Positions 52,562 to 64,000 of a DNA stretch of 64,000 nucleotides are shown one piece after another; position 1 is the first letter of the stretch; the number at the start of each line of letters is the position of its first letter. The stretch is taken from the NCBI GenBank assembly GCA_050084985.1, contig JBITNC010000002.1:37696001-37760000 (forward strand), given 5' to 3'. A program made the translations under genes and the position numbers. Under the pieces are notes generated by a model that was given only the letters and a program-made list of their open reading frames with translations, was not told the DNA's origin and did no database searches. The stretch comes from Nageia nagi. Taxonomy: Eukaryota; Plantae; Pinophyta.

Positions 52562-54486
52562 TATTTCTTGAATTATTTATGTAATTCCAATAATAAATTG
52601 TGTTATTTAATTGACGTGAACCTATTTTTAAAATAGTTGAACTTGTTAGAAAAAAGTAACAATTGGAACTTGATTATCTGAAGTATTTTTATCTTCATTA
52701 TTTCTTTATTTTAATTGACTACCACCTTGGAAGGGTAGTTCAAGATCTTATAGCTTGCCTTGTAGATGCCCTTTTTCCAAATCACATAGATGCATTTGCA
52801 ACAATTTCAAGATCAATATGTAATTGAGCCTACAAATGGAGGGTACTATCAATTTTTATCAATCAATCATCTCGATGGAGGTTTGTAATTAATTGGTATA
52901 TTGCTTTTCTTCTGTGTATTTGAATTTATGATAATTTATGTCAATAGCTCATAATTTTTTATTTTATTCATACCTCTAAACAAACTAGAGGATGTTCTTT
53001 CTAAAATTTGCATGAGCATGATGACAAGAAAGTATATAAGGTAAAATGGGATGAGGGAAATAAAAATCACATATGTTATTTTTCTTTATGAGCAATTAGT
53101 GATACAAGACGACTAAATGGTGATCCCTATTATGAACTTTATATGCATGTTAAATCTTAAATGGATATAATATTAATGTTAAACATCATGAAAAATATTT
53201 AGGAGAATGTCTTAATGTGGCATACATTGTTTATTTATTTTTTTATGTTCTTATTGAGTCTTTAAATGATTCTTTTTATTTTGTATTTGTTGTTAATGTG
53301 CAAGAGAGACGTCTATAAATAATTATGGTTAGACATTTATAATCTAGACTATTTTTGGTTTAGTTGGAATTGTTAAACCTTTTGAGAGCATGTGTACAAA
53401 CAACAAATTTGTATTCATTGAACTTTGCAATTTCATCATTTTTAGGCATGCTTTTTTTCTTGCATTTCTTTCTTGTACAAATATTTGAATTCAATAATGA
53501 TTGTTATGATACAATTATATCATCCTCTTAATTGATAAGGTTCTTTACATCTTTATTGTGGTTGATGTCTATGCATTATTTTAAAGGATGCCATTACAAT
53601 TTTTTAACCATTGCATTAAATGCCATTTTTTTTTCTTGTCATCTTTGTAATGAAATGAAAGGAATAAAGTTTTTCCCTTTGTTTATACACTTGGAAATCA
53701 AATATGATGTATGTATTTTGTTCTATAGGAAACAAGTCCCCTGAATAAGAACATAATACATTTTTAATTACTTAACTTAAATAAGAAATTTTAATCTTTT
53801 TATAGTGCCCTTGAATTTATTGGATGACCCTCAAATTTAATACTAACAATCTAAGAGTTTGGGCTTTCTATTGCCATTTGAAGGTCCATTTGTTTATGGG
53901 CATGAGCATCATGTTCACAAAAGGTATTGGAAAAGTGGGACCGATTCCCAAATCCTCTATGGGATGTGGTATTTTTGTGCAAGATATGCACAAAATGAAT
54001 ATATTTAAAGGATCTGTGAATTGTTTGACAAAATGCCTAATCAAAATGCAATTTCATAGAATGTAATGAACACCTGATATGCATAAAATGGGTTTTATAA
54101 TAAGGCCTTACATATGCATAGGGATCAGTGAGAATATCTTAAGGGATTGATAAGAAATTTCAAATCTATTCTATTTTTGTGTTCAAGGTTGAAGAGAAAA
54201 TTATAAGGAATTGAAAAAAATGATTTATATGTAATGTAATCTGATTAGATCATGTAGTGATTATAGGAATGCATGTATACTCAAATGGAAGTTTTGATTT
54301 GTGACTATAACTTTTAATTTTTGTGTAAAATCAATGATGTCATTATACAAATTTTGAAGATTCTTTAATTTCGAACTCAATTTAGAAACATCATAGGATT
54401 GTATATGTTCTTAAAGAAATTACAAATTTGTTACTATAATTTGTAAGACATAATATAAGTAATTATTATTGTTAAATTGCTCAAAT

Positions 54487-54872
54487 TATTGATATAGACT
54501 TTCATGAAAAACATGTTAACCTCGCAAGTTTATGCCTTTTTTTTCAATGTCAGATGATTGTATTCTCTTTTGCTATGTGTATATGATTGCTTCAATAAGG
54601 GAGATGGAAAGACCATGCTGGACTTTAAACTTAAGATTGTTCTATGATTCAAATATTTTGGTGTTTTTTTATTTTATAACTGAAGTTCATGTATTCAGTG
54701 ACAAACAAGAGCTGATCAAATTTGAGTATTATCATTTGAAAATATTCAAGAGGTTAGTTAAGAAAATTTTAAAATTTTAAATTGTATGATGTATTTACAA
54801 TTTTAAAAATTTTAATTGTGGAAAGTACTACATAAATAAGAGAGAAATTCGGTTGATTATGAGTGGATGATT
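54487..54872. repeat. Diverged direct repeat of 57056-57474
   Basis: TATTGATATAGACTTTCA...GACCATGCT...GGTTGATTATGAGTGGATGATTT is present in both copies. Confidence 0.8.
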
Positions 54873-56761
54873 TTTTTGAAAAAATTATTGTAAGGGATGC
54901 CAACCACTTTCACCACTTCAAAGATGGGTAATGTTTATATGATGTTTATTGCCTTTTATATCTCTTCAATTGTTTATACGATGTTTATTGTTTTTAATCT
55001 CTCTTCATCTATGTATATGATGTTTGAGTTGTATTTTAATCATTTACAATGTGGGCCTACTATTGATTTTTTATTGCTTATATGGAGATAAAGTCTGTTG
55101 GTATTTTAGTACATTGGTTTTGATTGTCTTTTCTTTAAATTTCTATCTATTTTACAATGCCTTAATTACTCCTTAATTTGCAACTATTTAAGATTACAAA
55201 AGAGCATAAGAACTCAAAAGTTCTCAACTAGGGTTTGATACAAATGGTTACAATTATGGTTGACTTTGGGGTTTCTTACATAAAACAAATGGTTCTGAGT
55301 TTTCGTTACAGTGTTCATGAAGTTTGTCTCTATTAGCATTGTGTGGTCAAAATTTTATAATTTACAATTTATGACAAGATGTTATTGATTTCTATAAGCA
55401 TATTGGTTTGCAATTAAGTGTTGCAACCATAAGATACCCAATTATGAAGTTTATTAGTGTTCTGCAAATATATTGGATTAGGTACGAGAGCTATTGTTTT
55501 ATTAATTTATTCTTTGTGTTCCTTGTAAATGTAAATTGTGTACTAAACCTAATTGTGGGATGTACATATATTAAGGGGTTTCTTGCATTTGTAAATATTG
55601 CACTTTTAAGTGTACTTGATGTTGAATATGAGAAGAATCCTTATAAGGTAGCTCACTAATTCTTGATGATTATATTCATACTATTATGTTAGATGTTTAT
55701 ATTTTTTTGAGCTCTATTATTGATGATTGTATTTCAACAAGAGGCCTATTGTAGCACCAAATAATTTTTATAAGATTACATGATTTAATATTTGTGGTCT
55801 TTTTGCCTAATAAAAAGTATTTTGTGCAAGTTGATAAGAGGACTCACTCAAATGTAGTTGCATTGAGAGCCATAACTAGTGAAGATGGGATGACTACATA
55901 TTGGTGTGCATTTGTTTCCGTTCCATTACATTTTATTTTTGTTCTTATTTAATATATTTTATTTTTATAAGGTTATTTTAGTCAACCATTCAAAATTTGA
56001 CCTTGTAATATTTATAGGGCTATAATTATTGTAACTTTTTGTGTATTATTATTATACAAGCATCTAAATTTCAAATGTTTTTCTTTAATAACATATGTTT
56101 GATTCCTTGTATTATATCAATTATAATTAAGCTCATTCATTAGCATGATTTACAATGCAATACAAGCTTTTATTTATAACAAAAGAATTATAAATATGGA
56201 TATAAAAGATTATGTTCTTATGAACTATACTTTCTTTGTGATATCTAATGTAAATATGTTTTTCTTCATTGTTTGTACATTTTTCTATACCTTATTTATT
56301 AATTTTGCAAATATGACTAATTTTTATATTGTTACATTGGACATTAGATTTGAATTTAAGTGCATTAGTGAAAATCAGGTTTAAGTCTATTATTATTTCA
56401 CACTTACCATATTGAGGATTTAGTTTTTATTCTTGAATACACATATTGTCAAACAAAATACTTAGCTTTTTAATGTTCCCATATTTTGAATACATGTCGA
56501 TTAAGGATGTTATCACGATTACGTACAAAAGAAACCCGCATCTAGTTATTTATCCATGAATATACATACCCCATTTTAAAGCTACAAAAGTTGCATATGC
56601 AAGAAGAATACTTGCAAAGGTTATTGAATCTGGTCTAAAATCAATAAATTGTATTTTTTGAAAATACTTAAGGGCCTCCAAACCATACGTATTTTTTGCA
56701 TATCCTAAGAATACATGGGTCTTCTATATGTTTCTAAATTTAGTATAAATATCTATAACAA

Positions 56762-56932
56762 CATTCATCATAATGACATCCAAGTGAAAACCATTTCTTA
56801 ATATTATCTACATATCAAATTATTTACAAGTTTATGATACATTGTCTATTCATCACAATGACATCCAAGTGAAAATCGTTTCTTAATATTATCTACATAT
56901 CAAATTATTTATAAGTTTATGATACATTGTCT
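56762..56932. repeat. Tandem duplication, ~85 bp x2
   Basis: ATTCATCA.AATGACATCCAAGTGAAAA...TTTATGATACATTGTCT occurs twice. Confidence 0.8.
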
Positions 56933-57346
56933 TAATTGATCCTTTGATATAAACTTCAATCCTAAAATATAAAAAATTCAAATGTCCAAACTATGGAGAA
57001 ATCTTAACCTTGCTAAGAGATAGTCCAAATAATTTTTAATACTGAATTATCAAGCTATTGATATAGACTTTCAATAAAAACACGTTAACCTTGCAAGCTT
57101 AGGCCTTTATTTTTCAATGTTGGGTGATCGTATTCTCTTTTGCTACAATCCTTGACATCTCCCTTGTTGTTATGTGTATATGATTGATTACTTGAATCAG
57201 GGAGTTGGAAGGACCATGCTAGACTTTATTTTTAAGATTGCTCTATGATTTAAACATTTTGATATTTTTATATTTTAGGATTGAAGTTCATGTATTCAAT
57301 GATAAACAAGAGTTAATCAATTTTTACTATGGTCATTTGAAAACAT

Positions 57347-57776
57347 TCTAGGAGTTAGTTACAATAACTTCAAAATTTTGAATTGTATGAAGTATTTCAA
57401 ACTTCAAAAACTTAAATCGTAAAGATAACTACATAAATAAGAGTGGAATTGGGTTGATTATGAGTGGATGATTTAGTTTTAAAATTCCATATGTTGATAA
57501 TAATATATCTTATCATACACATTCTTAATCTTATTTTTTGTTCTTTTCATGAAGTTTTTTTAAATAAACATCATGAAAAGAACAAAGAATAAGATTAAGA
57601 ATGTGTATGATAAGATATATTATTATCAACATATGGAATTTTAAAACTAAATCATCCACTCATAATCAACCCAATTCCACTCTTATGTATGTAGTTCTCT
57701 TTACGATTTAAATTTTTGAAGTTTGAAATACTCCATACAATTCAAAATTTTGAAGTTATTGTAACTAAATCCTAGA
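57347..57776. repeat. 430-bp palindrome with no spacer
   Basis: 215-bp arms centred at 57561/57562, about 8 mismatches. Confidence 0.92.
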
Positions 57777-59968
57777 GAATAAGATTCAGAATGTGTTTGG
57801 TAAGATATAATAATATCAACTTATGGAATTTCAAAACTAAATCATTTACTCAAAACCAACCCAATTTCACTCTTTAAAAAAATAATTAGGGTTTTTAAGG
57901 GGGGTTTAAAACTATTGTAAAAGACCCTTCTAAAGGGGTTTTAAAATTATTGTAAAAGACCCTTTTAAAGAGTATTTTTAACAATTATAAAAGACACTTC
58001 TAGGATGGTTTAAAATTGCCATAAAAAGGCTCTATTTAGATAGTTTGCACATGCAATTTTACATCTATGAGGGAAATTTTACTCCACCTACAAGGGTGGT
58101 TTTAAACCATTATAAGAAAGTCTAAGATGGTAGAATTTAAAAGGTTGAAAGGTCTTTAAGGGCAATTTAGAACCATTCTTGAAGCCTAATTTTGTTGTAG
58201 TATTTTCATATCCCTTCAAATTCATGGTGTGATGAGTAGTGACTCTTGCTAAGGTATGAAAACAAATCTCTAAGTCTTCTTCAATCGATTACTATGTAGA
58301 TTTTATAGCCACTTCTTATGATTATACTATATCTTTTGCCTCTATAATTGATGATGGTTGGGATTTCAAATCAAGGAGATAGGCCTTTTGCTCCTTGTAA
58401 TGATGATCAAGTGTATATTTCTCATCACAATTATAACAAAATTACTTAGCTTGAAAAAATATCATTTCATTTGAAGTCAATTTCTTGATAGAAATGGATT
58501 TTGGAATTATTATTAAAATATTACTTGATGAATGATTTGGTTTATGTGTAGAGAGTAGGGGACATTATACTTTCATTGCATGTTGCATTTTCTTTCAATA
58601 AGTTTTTATAAGTCCATGAATTATATCCATGTATCTAATTTGAATAATTGAAATTCATTATTGAAATCCTCTTTTAGCCAAGCAATAAATAAAATCTTGA
58701 AGAAGGCATTAGACAAGTTGGTAGTGTGATTAGCAAGTTTTACGAAGGTAATAATATAGTCACCCACCTATAAAGTCTTTAAACTCACTTGAACCAGAGT
58801 ATACCAAGAGTAGTTTGGTAAATTGAGTCCAACTAATATTGAGTCCAACCAATTTGTCTATGCATCTTCTTCAATTATTTCCATTAATGATTGGTTTCCT
58901 AATCCAAGTAGAAGGCAATTAGATAAACAATCTTATTATCTAGAGTTTGGTGGAGGTTGAAAAATTATTTCGCTTTGATCAACTAACTTTGATGATTAGT
59001 ACCTTGAAATGTAGGGAATTCAAATTTTGTGACCATGGTTAATAGGTTTAATTGAAATTTGAATTCAAAATCGATTTGTTCTAACCCTCAAGTAGAGTCA
59101 CACCAAACACTAATCTTGGTTTAAACAAACTTATTTAAGTACATAAATGTTTGATCAACCAACTCCATAGAACTATCAAGGTTTAAATCTTATCCTACAT
59201 AGATTCAAGAAGGTTTGACTCGTAATTTTCTTAAGAGATAATTTTTGTTGAACAATTATGCATTAACACACACTATCATTGTTGATCTCAGTTTATAATG
59301 TTTGCATGTCATTATTATAAGTCATGAAGGTTTTAATTATCTTTGATATTCATATCAAATTATTATTTTTTGTTTAAGAAAAACATAATTTGATTGCTAA
59401 ATATAAGAACTCCAAAAACTACTAAAATAGCTCTCACCATTCTGGTGTAGCACACAATATTAACCTTTTTCCAACACACAATTAAACAAGTCAATTTACT
59501 AAGTGTTCAACAAAGGTTGAATGCCTTAACACGCTCATACTTTGTTTTATCCTTTTGAGACATGACTTAATGAACAATTACTAGACAGATGTCACATTTT
59601 TCAACAAGATTAATTTCATCAAACATATATTCTTTTCCATTTGAACACCACACATTCAATATGGTTATTGAAATTGTAAACATAACCCACTTAAAATATT
59701 TAGCCTTTTATCTTATATGTATGATTCAAACACAAAATCTTAAACATGATATAACAATAAGCAGAACACTACAATCCAAATGGAACACAAGATCTTTCCA
59801 AGACCAATTGCAAATATTTGTATAAACATATAAATATCAAATCTATTTTCAAACATTATGTCCCAAAAATAAAACAATACTTCATTCCATCAACAATACA
59901 TAATCATCTACTTAATACATATTGAAATGTACTCAAAACAATTAGCTCACAAAATATCCACTGAATAA

Positions 59969-60456
59969 TGATGTGAATTCAGCTATAACAGGAAAACAGA
60001 AATTGAAATCCTGTCACAGAACATACAGAAGAAATCCAGACCACAAATACTCTTCTTATTCCTGAATCCACATGCTCTCCAAGAGAATACAATGCCCTTT
60101 AAATAGCCACAAAAAAAACAAAAAAACCAGAATGAGTCGGATTGCACCCAAAATTTGCATGCGCATCCCTCTTACACTAATTAAGCAGTATCTAAAATAT
60201 CCACCCTTAACTAGAAGAAAAACAAGAGTTATTAAAGGCGCAACATGCAAAAAAGCCTAAAAAATCAGGAGTGCTCTTAAAAAAGCCTATTTTTCAGGCC
60301 TTAGACGGATGAATCAGGCCTTAAAAATATCATTTTTTGGGTATGGTAGTTCTAGCGAACTTCCATAACTAGAAATTCGTCACGAAGCCACAGTTTAAAT
60401 TTCGAAGCAAAACGACCTCCGGATCAAAAGTTACGGCCCCGGCAATGCATGCATCA
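59969..60456 (-). repeat. 3' LTR of the short element
   Basis: Direct repeat of 62664-63151, adjacent to the PPT. Confidence 0.95.
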
Positions 60457-62618
60457 TTCTCCTCTGGTTGAAAGGAACTCTGCTCCTGCGAGTTCTGCTG
60501 TTGAAATTCCTGAAGTTTATCATTAGCAATCCTCTTTACTTCCCCCTCTGAAACCCATGTATTATCTGCTGGTGATAGCCCTTCCCATTGTACCAGGTAC
60601 TTGGTATAGCTCCCATGTCGAGTGTTGAACACTGCCCGATCAAGAATCTGTGTAATGCGCTCCTTCTTTTTCTTAGGAACTTGTTGCTCCCATTGTATTG
60701 GAGTTGTAGCCTTATATGCATTGTTGTTCCTTTTCTCCAGAATCCTACATGGACCAATCTTCTTTAGCTTCAACTTATTATAGGTGCCTTTGGGAAACCT
60801 CTCCTTACGAAGGTGGACCATCACTAAGCCGCCCTCCTGAAAAATCTTTTCTCTCCTATGTGTATCTGCTACTGCTTTATGCTTACTATTATTCTCTTGC
60901 AATTGTGCCCGAACCTCCTCCCTTGTTTCTACCTTTGGTGCAGGTAATGCATAACACCAACCAACTTCACGTGCTCCTGTGAGAAATCTTTTTGCAGTCA
61001 AAAGGCTTTGTCCTTGGGCTTCTTCCTTAAGGGGTAAAAGAACCACCTTGACACCATCTTTCCAAAATGTGTAAGTGTTCTTACTTCCATCATGATGAGT
61101 CTTCCTGTCAAACTGCCATGGTCTCCCCAATAATATATGACATGCATCCATGGGAATTACATCACACCATACCTCATCTTTATAAGTATCCCCAATGGAA
61201 AACTTTACTAGACACCTCTTATCAATAGTTACCTCATTTCCCTTCTTGATCCATGAAACACGATATGGACATGGGTGCTTTTGACATTTGAGTTTCAACT
61301 TATCAACCATTACAGTAGAAACCATGTTTTCACAACTACCACCATCAATTACCATGTTACATACCTTTCCTCCTGTTGTGCATCTTGTATGAAATATATT
61401 GGTACGCAACCAACAATTACCACTATCCTCAGCTTGCATGTTCTCCTCCCTTGGAACAATCAGGTTTCTTCTTATCATCAGGTTCTCACCCATATCTGCA
61501 GAAACTTCTGTTTCAACCTCCTCTTCTTCTTCTTCTTCAACTAGAGCAACCCTAGCATTTCCCCTCTCTTCAGCATCATATTTGGGACATTCAGATGCCT
61601 TGTGACCTTCTTCATGACATCTATAACAAATGAGTGGTTTCCATGTGCCAGCAGTAGATTGACCCCCTCCATTACCTCTTCCTCTAGGGTATCCCCTTCC
61701 TCTCTGACTTTGGTTTACCTCTTCTTGTTGAGTGGGTACGGAGGATTCTCCCTTGGAGAAATTAGATCCTTCGTGCCCCTGATTCGAAGGTGTGAGTCCC
61801 TTCTTTCCTCCTCGATTGGTCCTTCTCAATTTTTCCTCAGCCTTGAGGGCTATTTGATATGCATCCTCCACAGTAGGAGTGCGATGCATGTTAATTTCAT
61901 CTTGAATAACAAAGTTCAGACCATTTACATATCTTGCAGCCTTTTGCTCCTCTGTTTCATTTGGTTCTATTCGAATGGAAAGCTTATAAAAGTCATTGGT
62001 GTAGTCCTCAATGCTTCGTTCCTTTTGTCGCAAATTTTGGAATTGGCGAAATAAGGTCTGGGAGTAGTCTACAGGCACAAATTTCCCTTTTAGCTTCTTC
62101 TTCATTTTAGCCCAATCTCTGATCTTATCCTTGCCATCCCTTTGTCGCGTATTCTGTAGGTGATCCCACCAAATTAATGCATGTCCCTTCAACTTTGTGC
62201 ATGCAAGCTTTACCTTCTTTTCTTCAGCAAGGTTACTCCATTCAAAATATTTTTCTAGGCTATTGATCCAATCGATCAACTCCTCTGGTTTTAATCCACC
62301 AGCATACTCAGGAATCTCAATTTTGATCCCTGCATTATTTCCTTTAAGTCCTTCTAGAGCCCGTATCAACCGATTCTCAAAACATTGACCGTCTCCCATT
62401 AGGTCTTCTTGTTCTGCATCCGTCTGAACCTCAGATCTAACTTCATCAACTGTACTTTCACCATCAAATTTTGGATCTAGATGGGCATTCATATTTCTCT
62501 CTACCATGCGCTCAATTGCACCAGTTAGTTGCATTATTTGGGCCTGCAGATCCTCGATCTGCCTACTCATTTGAGTATAGGCACCTCTAGGTGCTCTGCC
62601 TCCTCTCCTAGGTGGCAT
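60369..62618 (-). CDS. Intact 749-aa Gag-protease-integrase C-terminus/chromodomain fusion
   Basis: Open from ATG (MPPRRGG). Retrotransposon gag, CCHC knuckle CYRCHEEGHKASEC, protease IDGGS, GPC(GPY/F-like) segment and chromodomain KYLVQWEGLSPADNTW. The stop lies within the 3' LTR. Confidence 0.9.
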   Translation of the reverse strand: MPPRRGGRAPRGAYTQMSRQIEDLQAQIMQLTGAIERMVERNMNAHLDPKFDGESTVDEVRSEVQTDAEQEDLMGDGQCFENRLIRALEGLKGNNAGIKIEIPEYAGGLKPEELIDWINSLEKYFEWSNLAEEKKVKLACTKLKGHALIWWDHLQNTRQRDGKDKIRDWAKMKKKLKGKFVPVDYSQTLFRQFQNLRQKERSIEDYTNDFYKLSIRIEPNETEEQKAARYVNGLNFVIQDEINMHRTPTVEDAYQIALKAEEKLRRTNRGGKKGLTPSNQGHEGSNFSKGESSVPTQQEEVNQSQRGRGYPRGRGNGGGQSTAGTWKPLICYRCHEEGHKASECPKYDAEERGNARVALVEEEEEEEVETEVSADMGENLMIRRNLIVPREENMQAEDSGNCWLRTNIFHTRCTTGGKVCNMVIDGGSCENMVSTVMVDKLKLKCQKHPCPYRVSWIKKGNEVTIDKRCLVKFSIGDTYKDEVWCDVIPMDACHILLGRPWQFDRKTHHDGSKNTYTFWKDGVKVVLLPLKEEAQGQSLLTAKRFLTGAREVGWCYALPAPKVETREEVRAQLQENNSKHKAVADTHRREKIFQEGGLVMVHLRKERFPKGTYNKLKLKKIGPCRILEKRNNNAYKATTPIQWEQQVPKKKKERITQILDRAVFNTRHGSYTKYLVQWEGLSPADNTWVSEGEVKRIANDKLQEFQQQNSQEQSSFQPEENDACIAGAVTFDPEVVLLRNLNCGFVTNF

Positions 62619-62663
62619 CTTCTTCAATTTTCCCAGCGAGATCACACCCGCTCTGATACCAAA

Positions 62664-63151
62664 TGATGTGAATTCAGCTATAACAGGAAAACAGAAATTG
62701 AAATCCAGTCACAGAACATACAGAAGAAATCCAGACCACAAATACTCTTCTTATTCCTGAATCCACATGCTCTCCAAGAGAATACAATGCCCTTTAAATA
62801 GCCACAAAAAAAACAAAAAAACCAGAATGAGTCGGATTGCACCCAAAATTTGCATGCGCATCCCTCTTACACTAATTAAGCAGTATCTAAAATATCCACC
62901 CTTAACTAGAAGAAAAACAAGAGTTATTAAAGGCGCAACATGCAAAAAAGCCTAAAAAATCAGGAGTGCTCTTAAAAAAGCCTATTTTTCAGGCCTTAGA
63001 CGGATGAATCAGGCCTTAAAAATATCATTTTTTGGGTATGGCAGTTCTAGCGAACTTCCATAACTAGAAATTCATCACGAAGCCACAGTTTAAATTTCGA
63101 AGCAAAACGACCTCCGGATCAAAAGTTACGGCCCCGGCAACGCATGCATCA
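62664..63151 (-). repeat. 5' LTR of the short element
   Basis: TGATGCA...CACATCA on the minus strand, adjacent to the PBS. Confidence 0.95.
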
Positions 63152-64000
63152 AATAATCAATCATGTGATATGAAAATCTTGTAGGATGTCTACTCCAATA
63201 CTCCATCGAAGTGATACAATCACTATCCTAAATTGATAAACAACCTTCAATAGAAGGTTGTCGATTAATGAAAGATGAGATACTAAAGATTCTTTGGAAG
63301 ACATCAAGGCAATAAGAAAGCTTATCTTACCAAGATAAATGTACTTACATTCTCTTTAACATTCATACATTTATAAAAACCATTCTCACATTTTATAACA
63401 ATAAATATAGCATTCAAACTTATTCAAATGTAACCTTTAAGGATGGGATTAAGGATTGAGCTCGACGATCCATATATAACTAATTTGATTAGTTATCACC
63501 CCATCAAATATAGGTCTTGGTTGGGGTTTATAGTTAATAACATAGGTTTTTCTATGTTAGCAATATATATTCCTAGATGGCAAGAACAAGAGTGGGAGAA
63601 AAAGGAGGCAAAGGGAACAATGGCAATAGCAAGGAGGGCTTAGACGATGAAGAACCAAAGCTTGCTAGATGGGATAACAAGGGGCTAGAAGGGAGAACTA
63701 CAATTGTTGCAATCAAAAGGAGTGATAATAAACTTAAGATTGCCTTAGCGAATTCTTTTGGGTTATGGCCAAGAAGGATGGATGTTGTGATAAACGTAAC
63801 ACCAAAGGCATTGCAAACCTTCTATGTAAATCTAGCTATGTGGGAAAGAGAACCTAAATCGAAGGTCATGGATAAAAAGGGTGACATTACATGTAAGTTT
63901 GTAATGGATGGACGAAAGATTAGAGATGTTTCTATGAATGAAGAATGTTAATGTCTACAATAGACGTAGAACCTTCATTGTGTTGATCAATGGTGTGGTG

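Larger units (their letters stand above)
52562..58202. mobile_element. Right part of a decayed CACTA (En/Spm) element; left end not located
   Basis: TTTTGTTGTAGTA at 58190-58202 is the reverse complement of a CACTACAACAAAA-type TIR with one change. Subterminal repeats AAAGACCCTT.TAAAG...TTTAAAA at about 57890-58170. The inner extent is inferred. Confidence 0.55.
59969..63151 (-). mobile_element. Non-autonomous CRM-derived LTR element (3.18 kb)
   Basis: 488-bp LTRs (62664-63151 and 59969-60456, about 4 mismatches), TSD AATAA, iMet PBS (62650-62661 rc) and PPT (60457-60469 rc). No RT, RNase H or integrase core. Confidence 0.95.

Noticed and set aside
60056-60260. Identical small ORFs here and at 62751-62955
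   Set aside because: They are duplicated only because they sit in the two LTRs.
63443-63951. 66-aa and 124-aa ORFs at the window end
   Set aside because: No recognisable domain; probably decayed TE sequence cut by the window edge.

Overview
AT-rich, transposon-dense plant nuclear DNA. A gymnosperm origin is inferred from the giant intron and the TE families. The one host gene is a + strand PUB4-like U-box/ARM E3 ligase of about 829 aa in four coding exons (6270-6545, 33900-34016, 34140-36152, 36262-36345). Its first coding intron is 27.35 kb and holds LINE fragments, a SINE, solo LTRs, tandem arrays and a foldback. A 4.1-kb solo LTR with TSD lies upstream. Downstream are a decayed Ty3/gypsy element, a full-length but inactivated CRM-clade chromovirus (46721-52561), a CACTA right end with a 430-bp spacer-less palindrome, and a young 3.2-kb non-autonomous CRM derivative (59969-63151). 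The derivative is the most striking object. It keeps an uninterrupted Gag-protease-chromodomain ORF after two in-frame deletions, one of them bounded exactly by GT..AG. Its internal sequence is shared with the full-length neighbour but its LTRs are different. All coordinates and mismatch counts were read by eye.
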